A DNA stretch of 64,000 nucleotides from Glycocaulis sp. (GCA_046295255.1 JBKBNS010000006.1:3580-67579), one strand, 5' to 3'. Shown: positions 46,781 to 56,732, counted from the stretch's first letter. Numbers and translations: made by a program. The notes: generated by a model from the sequence alone, not told the origin.

Positions 46781-48027
46781 TGCCGGCTCCGCGCAGCCTC
46801 GGCCCTGCCCTCATCACCAGCCCGGCCATCCGGTCCGCGCAGCGCGCCCTGGCAGGCCTGAAGCGGCGCGCGGCCTTCTCCCGGCCCGTAGTGCGCTATT
46901 TCCATCAGGCCGATGACCCCTATTCGTGGCTGGCCGCGCGCGCCTTGCCCCATCTTGAAGAGGTCTATGGCGTGCGCGTGGCTCCCTTTCTGGTGCCGCC
47001 GCCCGATGAGGCTGCCGCGCCCGACCGGGACCGGCTGACGGGCTGGTCGCTGCGTGATGCGCAGACCCTCGCCGCGGGGCTGGGTCTGACATTGCCTCCG
47101 GACGCCCTGCCCGGCCCGGACGGTGTACGCGCAGCAGAAGCCGCGCTGGCCAGCATCACGGATGCGCGCACCTTCGCGCTCACCGCTGCAGCAATTGAGA
47201 CCGCCTGGCGCAGTAGCAAGGCCCTGCCCGATGGCACAGGCGACCCCGAAAAGGCCCTGGCGAAAGGCGCGCGCGAGCGCAAGCGCCTCGGCCATTATCT
47301 CGGTGGCACCTTCCATTTCGAGGGCGAGTGGTATTGGGGGCTCGACCGGCTTTGCTATCTGGAGAAGCGGCTGGCCGCGATCCGGTGGCAGGAGCCCGAT
47401 CATTTCGCCCCCCGGCGCGAGGTTGCGCTTCTTCCGCCTGCGCGGGCCCGCCAGCCAGTTCTGGAAGCCTTCATCTCGCTGCGCAGCCCCTACACCTATA
47501 TCGCGATGACCCGGCTGACCAAGCTGGCGGAAACCCACAAGGCAGAGCTGCGCCTGCGCCCTGTCCTGCCCATGGTGATGCGCGGCCTGCCCGTGCCAAC
47601 GCCCAAGCGCCTCTATATCGTGCGCGATACCAAGCGCGAGGCCGAACGGCTCGGCCTGCCCTTCGGGCTCATCGCCGATCCGGTGGGCGCCCCGGCCGAG
47701 CGGGGGCTCGCCGTCACCTTCCACGCCATGAAGACCGGCAAGGGCGCGGCCTTCGCCCAGTCCTTCCTGAAAGGCGTGTTTGCCGAGGGTATTGATGCGG
47801 GCACGCGCCCCGGCCTCCTCAAGCTCTGCAAACGGGCGGGGCTGACAGCGGCTGACATGGATGCGGCCCTCGCAGACACGAGCTGGCGCGAAGAGGCCGA
47901 AGCCAATCGCGAGGCCATGCTGGCACTGGGCATTTGGGGCGTGCCGGCCTTCCGCGTTGATGACCGCCCCGCACACTGGGGCCAGGACCGGCTCTGGGCA
48001 GTGGAAGCAGACCTGCAGACCGGCTGA
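46780..48027 (+). CDS. DsbA-like/kappa-GST (HCCA isomerase family) protein with two tandem domains
   Basis: DDPYS...YWGLDRL and RSPYT...GVPAF...WGQDRL halves. Confidence 0.8.
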   Translation: MPAPRSLGPALITSPAIRSAQRALAGLKRRAAFSRPVVRYFHQADDPYSWLAARALPHLEEVYGVRVAPFLVPPPDEAAAPDRDRLTGWSLRDAQTLAAGLGLTLPPDALPGPDGVRAAEAALASITDARTFALTAAAIETAWRSSKALPDGTGDPEKALAKGARERKRLGHYLGGTFHFEGEWYWGLDRLCYLEKRLAAIRWQEPDHFAPRREVALLPPARARQPVLEAFISLRSPYTYIAMTRLTKLAETHKAELRLRPVLPMVMRGLPVPTPKRLYIVRDTKREAERLGLPFGLIADPVGAPAERGLAVTFHAMKTGKGAAFAQSFLKGVFAEGIDAGTRPGLLKLCKRAGLTAADMDAALADTSWREEAEANREAMLALGIWGVPAFRVDDRPAHWGQDRLWAVEADLQTG

Positions 48028-48146
48028 AGCTGCCGCACTGCATTAAATTGTCCCGTTCAGGACCGAATTATCTGATCAGGATTGCTTTTTCTATCCCGCA
48101 ATGGTTCCCTTCCTGGAAACACGGCACCGTTCCGGGAGAGAGATTC

Positions 48147-49292
48147 ATGAAACGTCTGCTCGCGCTTGTACTATTGCCCCTGCTTTTGTGGGTCCCGGCA
48201 CCTGCACTGGCGGGCGATCAGCCATCCGCGCTGGAAGCGGCCGTGGACGCGTTTGCGGCGGGCCTGATCGAGGAACGCCAGACGCCCGGCCTTTCCATCG
48301 GTGTGGCGCGCGCGGGCGATACCCTGCTGGTCCGGGGTTATGGGCTTGCCAATCTGGAGCACGGCGTACCCGTTCACGCGGACACGGTTTTCCGCATCGG
48401 CTCGGTCACCAAGCAGTTCACCGCCGCGGCCATCCTGCTGCTGGTGGAGGACGGGCACATGTCGCTTGATGACACGCTGGAGGCCTATTTCCCGGATTTC
48501 CCGCGCGGCGGGGAGGTGACGGTCCGCCAGCTGCTCCAGCACACATCGGGCATCAGCAATTATACCTCGCGCGAGGGCTTCATGGCCGACACCGCGCCGC
48601 TCGTCCATGACCGCAGCCTTATGGTGGCCTATATCGAAGCGGCTGATCCGCTTTACGATTTCGACCCCGGCACGGGGTGGAGCTACTCCAACTCGGGCTA
48701 CATCCTGCTGGACTATATCGCGGAGCAGGTGGCCGGGCAGCCGCTGGCGGAGTTCCTGCAAGCCCGCATTTTTGGCCCGCTCGGCATGACGTCCACCGCA
48801 ATGGACGATGTGGCTGAAATCGTGCCCGGCCGGGCGCAGGGCTATGATGCCGCGCCGGACGCGCCTGCGGGCTTCACCAATACGGCCCATCTCTCCCTGT
48901 CGGTGGCCGCCGGTGCGGGCGCCATGCGGTCCACCCCGCAGGATCTGATCGTGTGGATGCAGGCTTTGCTGGGCGGCGAAGTGCTGTCGAACAGCAGCCT
49001 CGCCCTGATGCTGGAACCGGCGCGCCTCAATGATGGTAGCCTTGCCCGCACATTCCTCGTGGACCCGCCTGCCGCCCTCGCGGACATGGATTACGGCTTG
49101 GGCATCATGACCGGCGAACGCGGCGGGCGCCGCTTCATCGGCCATGGCGGCTCCATCAACGGCTTCAATGCCTCGCTTATCCACTACCCTGACGAGGACA
49201 CGACCCTTGTCCTGCTGGTCAACACGATCGGCCCGGCCGCACGCGGCGCGCCCCTACTGGCGGCTGCCGCACTCGAAGCCCTGGCCGATTAG
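48147..49292 (+). CDS. Serine hydrolase, beta-lactamase family
   Basis: Signal peptide; SVTK, LLQHTSG, YSN and HGG motifs. Confidence 0.9.
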   Translation: MKRLLALVLLPLLLWVPAPALAGDQPSALEAAVDAFAAGLIEERQTPGLSIGVARAGDTLLVRGYGLANLEHGVPVHADTVFRIGSVTKQFTAAAILLLVEDGHMSLDDTLEAYFPDFPRGGEVTVRQLLQHTSGISNYTSREGFMADTAPLVHDRSLMVAYIEAADPLYDFDPGTGWSYSNSGYILLDYIAEQVAGQPLAEFLQARIFGPLGMTSTAMDDVAEIVPGRAQGYDAAPDAPAGFTNTAHLSLSVAAGAGAMRSTPQDLIVWMQALLGGEVLSNSSLALMLEPARLNDGSLARTFLVDPPAALADMDYGLGIMTGERGGRRFIGHGGSINGFNASLIHYPDEDTTLVLLVNTIGPAARGAPLLAAAALEALAD

Positions 49293-49332
49293 TCCGCCTG
49301 CCGTCCGATCTGAGGAAGAAGGGGAGTTCATC

Positions 49333-50835
49333 ATGCGCGTCATGCGTCACCTGCTGCTTGCCACATCCGCCGCTGTACTGGCGTTCACGCCTGCAGGCCT
49401 GTCTGCCGCCGCCATGCAGCCCGCCGAAAGCGCGGCAGGCCTTGATGCTGAGGCACTGGCTGGCCTGCCCGCCTTTATCGACGGGGTGATGGCCCAGCAG
49501 ATCGCCTCGCGCGAGGTCTCCTCGGCCATCGTGACGGTCGTCCATCGCGGGCAGATCGTCCATAATCGCGCCTACGGCTTTGTGGACGTGGAGAACCGCA
49601 TTCCCGCCGAGGGCGAGCGCACCCTGTTCCGGCCGGGCTCGATCTCGAAAATGTTCACCTGGATCGCGCTGATGCAGCTCATCGAGCAGGGCCGCGTCTC
49701 GCTGGATGATGATGTGAACGATCATATCGATTTCACGATCGAACCGTTCGAGGGGCAGCCCGTCACCGTGCGCGACCTGTTCCAGCACACGCCGGGCATG
49801 AGCGATGTGGGCGGGTTCACGACCACCAGTGTGGATGAGCTCGTCGATCACGCTGAATGGACCCGCAATAACGTGCCGGCGCGCGTGATGGCGCCGGGCG
49901 TGGAGATCGCCTATTCCAACTGGGGCAGCTCGCTGGCGGGCTATATCGTGGAGCAGGTCTCCGGCGAGGATTTCGCCAGCTATACCGAGCGCCACATCTT
50001 CGCGCCGCTGGGCATGACCTCCTCCACCTTCCGCGAGCCCCTGCCCGAAGCGCTGCTTGAGCGCATCGCGCTGGGCCATGATCTGGAAGAGGGCCGCTTC
50101 ATTGCGCGCAGCTTCGACTATTACTCCATGGTCATGCCCGCAGGGTCGGCCACGGTCAGCGGCCCGGACATGGCCCGCTTCATGATGGCGATGCTGAACG
50201 GGGGCGCGCTGGACGGTGAGCGCATTCTTGGCGAGGCATCCGTTGCGCTTCTGGGCACCAACTCCATCACCAATGCGCCGCGCCTGCCCGGCATGGCCCA
50301 TGGCTATCTCGTCTATCGCGACGCGGGCCCGCGCCTGATCGGCCATGCGGGCGCGATGCGCGATTTCCGCTCCAACATGATCCTGTCGCCGGAAACCGGC
50401 ACGGGCATATTCCTGTCCATAGTCGCCGCGCCCGCCGGGCGTCCGGCGCAGGGCGAGCTCAGCGCGGCCATCACCGGGCGGCTCTTTCCCGAAGCGCCGT
50501 CACCACGCTGGAGTGAGCTGGCGCAGGCCGGGCAGTTTGCCGGACGGTATCTCGTCAACCGGCGCGACCATTCCGCCGAACCTCACCCGCTCCAGCACGC
50601 CGTGGTCAATGCGGCGGGACCGAACGCGATCACGATCACGGCGCTCGGCCAGACTCTCTATTTCGAGCAGATCGGGCCGGGCCTGTTTGAACAGGTGACA
50701 GGTCTTCGCGAAGGCGGGCCGTTTGACCGGGTGGAGTTTTACGGGCCGCCGGAGGCCACGCGCCTCTCCTTCGCCAGCCAGCCCTTCATGAACTGGCACC
50801 GCGTTGCTGATCCGGAGGCCGCAGAAGACGAATAG
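49333..50835 (+). CDS. Serine hydrolase, beta-lactamase family, with a C-terminal extension
   Basis: Signal peptide; SISK, YSN and HAG motifs; GGAG RBS. Confidence 0.88.
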   Translation: MRVMRHLLLATSAAVLAFTPAGLSAAAMQPAESAAGLDAEALAGLPAFIDGVMAQQIASREVSSAIVTVVHRGQIVHNRAYGFVDVENRIPAEGERTLFRPGSISKMFTWIALMQLIEQGRVSLDDDVNDHIDFTIEPFEGQPVTVRDLFQHTPGMSDVGGFTTTSVDELVDHAEWTRNNVPARVMAPGVEIAYSNWGSSLAGYIVEQVSGEDFASYTERHIFAPLGMTSSTFREPLPEALLERIALGHDLEEGRFIARSFDYYSMVMPAGSATVSGPDMARFMMAMLNGGALDGERILGEASVALLGTNSITNAPRLPGMAHGYLVYRDAGPRLIGHAGAMRDFRSNMILSPETGTGIFLSIVAAPAGRPAQGELSAAITGRLFPEAPSPRWSELAQAGQFAGRYLVNRRDHSAEPHPLQHAVVNAAGPNAITITALGQTLYFEQIGPGLFEQVTGLREGGPFDRVEFYGPPEATRLSFASQPFMNWHRVADPEAAEDE

Positions 50836-50960
50836 GGGGCGAGAGCCCCCTACCAGCTCCACAGCGTGCCATCAGCGAGGCGCGCGACGGGATGCAGATA
50901 ACCGTCAGCAAACGTGTAGGCGTGCGGGAAGACGGCATCGGTCTCGGCTGTATGGCGCGG

Positions 50961-51170
50961 GTCGACTGGCTGGTAGCGGACGACGAGATCGCCCGGCGGC
51001 GCAAGGCATTTGAAGAGGCGGGCGGCTATGCCAGTCCGCCATCCCAGACACCCTGGCAGGAAGTGCAGCGCTCCATGACCGGCCAGCTTGAAACCGGCGC
51101 GGTGCTGGAACCGGCGGTGAAATACCGGCGCATCATCGACACGTTCGGCAACCCCCGGGACAATCATTAA
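50961..51170 (+). pseudogene. C-terminal fragment of an IlvD/Edd-family sugar-acid (xylonate) dehydratase
   Basis: DDEIARRR...QTPWQEVQR...[15 protein letters not shown]...PRDNH* matches the C-terminus I recall for XylD/AraC dehydratases; the rest of the gene is absent. Confidence 0.75.
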
Positions 51171-51183
51171 GTCTGCACAAATG

Positions 51184-51210
51184 AAAAGGGCGGACCCGAA
51201 GGCCCGCCCT
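51184..51210 (-). terminator. Intrinsic terminator downstream of the MCP gene
   Basis: Minus strand AGGGCGGGCC-TTCG-GGTCCGCCCT followed by T residues. Confidence 0.65.
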
Positions 51211-51233
51211 CTCACAGCATTGCGGTAACGGCG

Positions 51234-52928
51234 TCAGGCGGCCTGAACGTCGCGGATATAGCGCTGGATATCCGACTTGATACGCTCGGCGCGCTCGGCC
51301 ACCTGGGAGGCGGTGGTCGCCACCTGGCTGGCCGCAGCAGAAGTGGTGCCGGCCGCCTGCTCCAGCCCGCCAAGCGAGCGGGACACGGCTTCGGCGCCCT
51401 GGGCGGCCTCACCGACATTGCGGCTGATCTCGCCGGTCACGGCGACCTGCTCCTCTGCCGAGGACGCGACAGCGGTCGAGATCTGGTTGACCTCGTCCAC
51501 CACCTGCTCGATCGCCTTCACCGCCGACACCGCCGTCTGCGTGCCTTCCTGGATGGCCCGGATCTGCTCGATCACGGTGGCGGTGGCCTTCTCGGTCTGT
51601 TCAGCGAGCTGCTTGACCTCGCTGGCCACAACCGCGAAGCCCTTGCCGGCTTCGCCAGCCCGGGCCGCCTCGATGGTGGCATTCAGCGCCAGCAGCTTGG
51701 TCTGCTCGGTCACATCGCTGATCAGATTGGCCACCTCGTCGATGGCGCTGGCCGCATTGACCAGCTCATCAATACGCTTGAGCGCCTGATCAACACGGTC
51801 GGTCGCATCGGTCGAAATCGCCGAAGTGCGCCCGATCTGTACGGCCACCTCCTTGATCGAGCTGGTAAGCTCCTCCGCAGCGCTCGCCACGGTCTGCACA
51901 TTCGCAGCCGTCTGGGTGGTGCTGGCCGACACGGTCTGGGTCTCGGCAGAGCTTTCTTCCGCTGTCGAGGCCATGGACTGGGCGGTGGACTGGAGCTCCT
52001 CCGCAGCGCTGGCCAGCGTGGCGACCGCTTCGTCGATCTCCTTCTCGAACGACGCCGTCAGGGCGTTGACCCGCTCTGCCTGCTCCAGCTTGCGGCGTGA
52101 TTCCGCCTCCTGTGCAGCCGCCAGATCGCGCGCCTTGATGGACTGCTCCTTGAAGCTGTCGAGCGCCTTGTTGAGAACACCGATCTCGTCGCCCCGGTCC
52201 GTCTCGGCGATCTCGATCTCCAGATTGCCGCCGGCAAGGCTGTCCAGCCGGCCAATAGCCCGCGTCATGGGCTGGCCGATCCCGTAACGCCCGATCAGCA
52301 CGCTGATCGCGCTGCCAGCGACCAGGCCGATAATGACGCCGATTATCATCAGGTTACGCGCGGATTCGGCGGTTGCCTCGGCCTGATGGAAAGCGGCCAG
52401 TTCGGCAGCGGCCTCATATTCAAGGAAGGCATCCAGCGCCGTAGCCACCTCAACACCTACCGGATAAACCGCCATGGCGGCGGTCTCGGCCCGTGCCTGC
52501 AGGGACTGCCGCTCCGCACCGCGCAACCTGCGCAGCTGCGCCGCTTCGGCCTCAAAGGCCGTGACAAACCGCTCGAAGGGCGTGCGTATCGCCTCAAGCT
52601 GACGCTGGACCTGCGCACTCGCACCATTTGCAAGCGTTGCGTATTCAGCATCGAACCGCTCTTTTGCGGCACGCACATTGCTGCTGAGCTGATCGACTTC
52701 CTCGGGCTGGATGGCCAGGCGGTACCAGGAGCCGCGAATGGTCGTAAACGCATCGGCCATATTGGCAGCGCTCTGTTGGTCGGTAGAAGCGGTGTGGATG
52801 CGGTACGCGGAATCTCGCACGTGATTGATTTCGTAGATTCCGAACACACCGACCGCAGCGAGTACGATCGCCATGGCAGCCACGATAAGCATGAGTTTGC
52901 CCATGACGGGCAGGTTCGATAGGCGCAT
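51234..52928 (-). CDS. Transmembrane methyl-accepting chemotaxis protein (4HB sensor, HAMP)
   Basis: Two TM segments, RGDEIG HAMP and [31 protein letters not shown]. Confidence 0.93.
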   Translation of the reverse strand: MRLSNLPVMGKLMLIVAAMAIVLAAVGVFGIYEINHVRDSAYRIHTASTDQQSAANMADAFTTIRGSWYRLAIQPEEVDQLSSNVRAAKERFDAEYATLANGASAQVQRQLEAIRTPFERFVTAFEAEAAQLRRLRGAERQSLQARAETAAMAVYPVGVEVATALDAFLEYEAAAELAAFHQAEATAESARNLMIIGVIIGLVAGSAISVLIGRYGIGQPMTRAIGRLDSLAGGNLEIEIAETDRGDEIGVLNKALDSFKEQSIKARDLAAAQEAESRRKLEQAERVNALTASFEKEIDEAVATLASAAEELQSTAQSMASTAEESSAETQTVSASTTQTAANVQTVASAAEELTSSIKEVAVQIGRTSAISTDATDRVDQALKRIDELVNAASAIDEVANLISDVTEQTKLLALNATIEAARAGEAGKGFAVVASEVKQLAEQTEKATATVIEQIRAIQEGTQTAVSAVKAIEQVVDEVNQISTAVASSAEEQVAVTGEISRNVGEAAQGAEAVSRSLGGLEQAAGTTSAAASQVATTASQVAERAERIKSDIQRYIRDVQAA

Positions 52929-53039
52929 CGGCGTATCTCCCTACAGAGCTAAAATCGCCGCAGAGTTGATTGTGCGTTGGTAAACCGAGTATGAACCGTT
53001 CGGCCCAAACCAAATCAAATTTGGTTCAATTTCAGCATG

Positions 53040-53438
53040 TTAAAAATCGTGCGCCTCGACGCATAAATTAATGCGCAAGTATTCACCGGGCGATAGGCGC
53101 CTAAGCTCGGATTCTCCTGTCAGGGGATGAACCGCGTCAGGACGATGCGTGACCGGCTCCACGCAGCAATGGCCTCCCTCCGGCGGCACGAAAATGTGGA
53201 CCATACCGGTATCGGCGCGAACCGTGACACCGGGCCCCGGCCCGGTCAGTTCCGCCTGCCCATTCCCGCGCATGCCTTCGATAGCCGCCTGGGTAGCAAA
53301 AAACTGGTGGCGCAGATTGACCGCAATGCACTCGTCCCAGTAGGCCGGCGTGGCGTCCCCGATCCGGTGACGGGCATCATTGGCCGCGTTGTTGACCGAC
53401 ACATCGACTGCCCCGCGCCGGTCTTTCTGCTTGGCCAC
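53040..53438 (-). pseudogene. Chimeric remnant: XylB-like xylose dehydrogenase fragment fused in frame to an aldose 1-epimerase C-terminus
   Basis: VDVSVNNAANDARH...YWDECIAVNLRHQFFATQA..EGMR (~53259-53417), then HIFVPPEGGHCCVEPVTHRPDA...LSPGE. Confidence 0.7.
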
Positions 53439-53542
53439 TATGCTTGCGTCTCTCGCTGGGTTGCGTGCCTGCGGCGTGTGCCGCGCGGCGCCCTGAGTTA
53501 AAGGAATATCGATTCCCGGTCCAGTCTACCCACAATAAACAC

Positions 53543-53571
53543 GCGCCCGGACCGGTTATCGGTCCGGGCGC
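53543..53571 (-). terminator. Hairpin terminator downstream of the outer-membrane barrel gene
   Basis: 12-bp stem GCGCCCGGACCG/CGGTCCGGGCGC with a T-rich tail on the minus strand. Confidence 0.65.
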
Positions 53572-53592
53572 AAGACGCCGTATCTGTTGCGT

Positions 53593-54384
53593 CTAGAAGT
53601 AGAAGCGCACGCCTGCCTCAATAATGTTGGCGCGGTTCTGCACGTCGAGGTTGGCCGGGAACAGGTTCACGCCGAAGGCCGGGTCGTTCGAGGCACGATA
53701 GCGGTAGCCCCCGAAGAGCTGGACATTGTCGGACACGTTGAAATTCGCCCCTGCCATCAGCTGGTAGGCAAACACCGTGTCGCTGCCATTGATGATGTCC
53801 ACATCAGACGGGTTGTAGCGGACTTTCACGCGGTTGAAGCCGATGCCGGCACCGACATAGGCGCCCAGCGGACCGCCCATGTCGAAATCATAAAAGCCAT
53901 TCAGCATCAGGCCCGTGTTGCGGATGACGCCGCGGCCATCGGCAACAAGGTTGGCGACCGTCACACCCAGTGCCGGAGAGCCTGTGATCAGGACGGCAGC
54001 ATCTGCCCCGCCAATATCGCCTCCAGCCACCGTCACATCACGGTGCGTGTCGACATCGCTGGAGGAATAGCCAAGCTCGGCCTCGAAGCGCAGGCCGCTA
54101 TCCATGCGCCAGCCATAGGCCAGCGTGAAGAAGCCGCCCGTCTCGAACTCGGTTTTCCAGCCGAGCGGCGTGCCGGAGGCCAGCACGGTGCCGGCAGGAA
54201 CGGCGACGCCTTCGCCGGTGGTGAAGTCGCTGCTGAACGCGCCGGAATTGGAGCTGTCGCATTGCAGGTTGAAGCCGGCTGAGCCGGACACGTATTGCTG
54301 GGCCGACGCGCCAGCGGCCATCAACAGGGCAAGACCTGCAGCGGCCAGTCCGGTCCGGGCGGAGGCAGTACGGAAAGTTTTCAT
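53593..54384 (-). CDS. Outer-membrane beta-barrel protein (OmpA-like TM/opacity family)
   Basis: Signal peptide; RFEAEL.Y, NGFYDF, YVGAGIG and AYQLMAG motifs; C-terminal Phe (GVRFYF). Confidence 0.85.
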   Translation of the reverse strand: MKTFRTASARTGLAAAGLALLMAAGASAQQYVSGSAGFNLQCDSSNSGAFSSDFTTGEGVAVPAGTVLASGTPLGWKTEFETGGFFTLAYGWRMDSGLRFEAELGYSSSDVDTHRDVTVAGGDIGGADAAVLITGSPALGVTVANLVADGRGVIRNTGLMLNGFYDFDMGGPLGAYVGAGIGFNRVKVRYNPSDVDIINGSDTVFAYQLMAGANFNVSDNVQLFGGYRYRASNDPAFGVNLFPANLDVQNRANIIEAGVRFYF

Positions 54385-54664
54385 CGTCTCAATCTCCCTC
54401 GAAGGACGGTTGCACAGTTTATGTTGTATCGGATATGCAATAGAAAATACGGATGGCAAGAGCGATCGCGGCCCTTTTGCCGGAACACGCGCCCGGGCCG
54501 GTCGATTGACAGGCAGGTGGCAGCCCGCTGCGCTTCCGGCCCCGGCTTATCGCGGGTGCAATATCAGGAGAATTGTCGTATTGGACGGATCAGGATCAGG
54601 CAGGGGAGATGCGGCGGGGGAGCCAGTGCCCGCCCGCCGCGGCCACAAGGGCAGGACGATATCC

Positions 54665-55279
54665 ATGACGGCACCGGCCGTAACCCATTCGCGGCGCCAG
54701 CGTGAATTGCTGGACATGCTGTCGGCCGCCGCCGTGGCCGACCGGTCCGGCCCGGTCTCCTTGCGCCAGTTTGCCATCCGCGCCGGTGTCTCCGAGCCGA
54801 CCTTGCGCCATTTCTTCGGAGACCGGCAGGGCGTGGTGATCGCCATCCTGCACCATTTCGCCCATCAGGCCGATGCATGGCTCGCCCGCTCCGCACAGCC
54901 GGGAGCGGGCCTGGAGGCCAGCGTGGACGGCTATCTGCAGATGTCGCTGGAGGGCTTTGACAACTCGCTTTTCGTGCAGGCCCATGCCTTTGCGCTGGTG
55001 GAGTCCATCCACGATCCGGAGGTTGCGCGTGCCTATCTCTCCATTGTGGTGGAGCCCTCCCTGCAGGCGATAGAGCGGCGGCTCGCACCGGGCATCAGTC
55101 CGGACGGGCAGAACCCGGAACGGGTGCGCCACGCCGCACTGACGCTCTATTCCACGATGCTGTTTGCCGTACTGCACCAGCGGCTCCTGCGCGGTCAGGA
55201 GACCCGGCCGCTGAACATGGAGGCCTTTTTCGGGGATATGGTGCGGCTATTTGGCCGGGGGCTGGCGGCGAAGGCTTGA
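54665..55279 (+). CDS. TetR family regulator
   Basis: SLRQFAIRAGVSEPTLRHFFGDR HTH; ATG at 54665. Confidence 0.8.
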   Translation: MTAPAVTHSRRQRELLDMLSAAAVADRSGPVSLRQFAIRAGVSEPTLRHFFGDRQGVVIAILHHFAHQADAWLARSAQPGAGLEASVDGYLQMSLEGFDNSLFVQAHAFALVESIHDPEVARAYLSIVVEPSLQAIERRLAPGISPDGQNPERVRHAALTLYSTMLFAVLHQRLLRGQETRPLNMEAFFGDMVRLFGRGLAAKA

Positions 55280-55340
55280 TCATCGCGCGCCCGCGCCCGA
55301 TAACCCCTCATCATCGCGCGCCCGCGCCCGATAACCCCTC
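55279..55340. repeat. Perfect 31-bp tandem duplication
   Basis: ATCATCGCGCGCCCGCGCCCGATAACCCCTC twice (55279-55309 and 55310-55340). Confidence 0.95.
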
Positions 55341-55347
55341 AGACCTT

Positions 55348-56460
55348 ATGGATACCTCGGAGCCCGCCGGTCCCATGTTCCTGCGCAATATCTGGTACTA
55401 CGCCTTCCCGGCCTCCGATCTGAAGCCGGGGCAGATGCTGCACAAGGTCCTGCTGGGCGAGCCGGTCGTGTTCGCCCGCGCGGGCGATGGTTCGGTCTTC
55501 GCCCTGCGTGATCTGTGCCCGCACCGGGGCGTGCCGCTCTCCTCGGGCCGCCTGTGCGCGAAGGGCAGCACGGTGGACGGCAACACGCTTGGCGAGCCCC
55601 AGATCGAATGCCCCTATCATGGCTGGCGCTTTGGCCCGGACGGGGCCTGCAAGGCCATCCCGTCACTGGTGGACGGCCAGCAGATGGATGTCGGGAAGAT
55701 ACGCGTGCGGCGCTATCCGGTGCGCGAACAGCAGGGCAATGTCTGGACCTGGATGCCGCCGGTATCGGACGGCCCGGTGCTGGACGACACGCCCGAGCCC
55801 GATCACGCCCCGCCCCTGATGCCCGCTGTGGAGAACCGCCGGCCCGCCCTCATCGAGCGCATGATATTCGACTGCCATGTCGATCATGCCGTCATCGGCC
55901 TGATGGACCCGGCCCACGGGCCCTATGTCCACCGCTCGGTCTTCTGGCGGTCGGAAAAGTCCATGTATGCCAAGGAGAAGGCGTTCGGGCCAAGCGAGCT
56001 GGGCTTCACCATGCTGCCCCACACCCCGTCGAGGAATTCGCGCTTCTACAAGATACTTGGCGGGAACCTCACCACCGAGATCAGCTTCCGCCTGCCCGGC
56101 GTGCGGGTGGAGCACATCACCGCCGGCTCGCGCGGGTCAGTCGTGGGGCTGACCAGCGTCACCCCGCTCACCGAAACCTCCACAGAGGTGACGCAGAGCT
56201 TCTACTGGACCCTGCCCCTGCTCGGCGCGCTCAAGCCGCTCCTGCGGCCCTTCGTGCGCACCTTCCTGAAGCAGGATGGCGACATGGTGAATATCCAGAA
56301 AGAGGGGCTGAAATTCGATCCCCGCCTGATGCTCATCAATGACAGCGATGTGCAGGCGAAATGGTATTTCCGCCTGAAGGATGCCTGGAAGGAGGCGGGC
56401 GAGACCCGCGAGGCCTTCGCCAATCCGGTCAAGCCCGCGACCTTGCGCTGGCGGAGCTAG
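55348..56460 (+). CDS. Rieske non-heme iron oxygenase alpha subunit (VanA/CAO-like)
   Basis: CPHRG...CPYHG Rieske motif and DPAHGPYVH iron site. Confidence 0.9.
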   Translation: MDTSEPAGPMFLRNIWYYAFPASDLKPGQMLHKVLLGEPVVFARAGDGSVFALRDLCPHRGVPLSSGRLCAKGSTVDGNTLGEPQIECPYHGWRFGPDGACKAIPSLVDGQQMDVGKIRVRRYPVREQQGNVWTWMPPVSDGPVLDDTPEPDHAPPLMPAVENRRPALIERMIFDCHVDHAVIGLMDPAHGPYVHRSVFWRSEKSMYAKEKAFGPSELGFTMLPHTPSRNSRFYKILGGNLTTEISFRLPGVRVEHITAGSRGSVVGLTSVTPLTETSTEVTQSFYWTLPLLGALKPLLRPFVRTFLKQDGDMVNIQKEGLKFDPRLMLINDSDVQAKWYFRLKDAWKEAGETREAFANPVKPATLRWRS

Positions 56461-56728
56461 GTCGTGTCCTCATAAAGGTTTCGTGCGTGGCGCGAACCGG
56501 ATTTGGTTGCTGAAAAGAAGAGACGGCCGCCGTGGAGTTGATCTCCACAAGGACGGCGCGACGCCTTCAGGGGCCAAATCCGCCGCGTCCTGACAGGATA
56601 TGGGCAAAATCGTCCATCTCCACGTCGCGAAACCTCGATGGAGGACGGCTCCACCTTCGGCTTCGCTCCTCGAACTGAACCATTTTGCCTCATACCACGC
56701 AGGCAAACCCTTTATGAGGACACGACCT
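56459..56728. mobile_element. MITE (non-autonomous, ~270 bp), IS5-like ends
   Basis: Perfect 20-bp inverted ends AGGTCGTGTCCTCATAAAGG / CCTTTATGAGGACACGACCT, extending imperfectly to ~32 bp; CTAG/CTGG junctions; no transposase. Confidence 0.8.
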
Positions 56729-56732
56729 GGCC

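Noticed and set aside
48147-50835. Antibiotic-resistance beta-lactamases
   Set aside because: SxxK/YxN/HxG pattern of generic serine hydrolases and peptidases; no KTG motif or other evidence of resistance function.
52929-53045. CtrA box upstream of the MCP gene
   Set aside because: Only degenerate matches to TTAA-N7-TTAA.
54424-54440. Imperfect palindrome TTGTAT-N5-ATGCAA as an FNR/FixK box
   Set aside because: Does not fit TTGAT-N4-ATCAA; it could be a TetR site but is too weak to call.
55279-55340. CRISPR-like repeat
   Set aside because: Two adjacent copies with no spacer.
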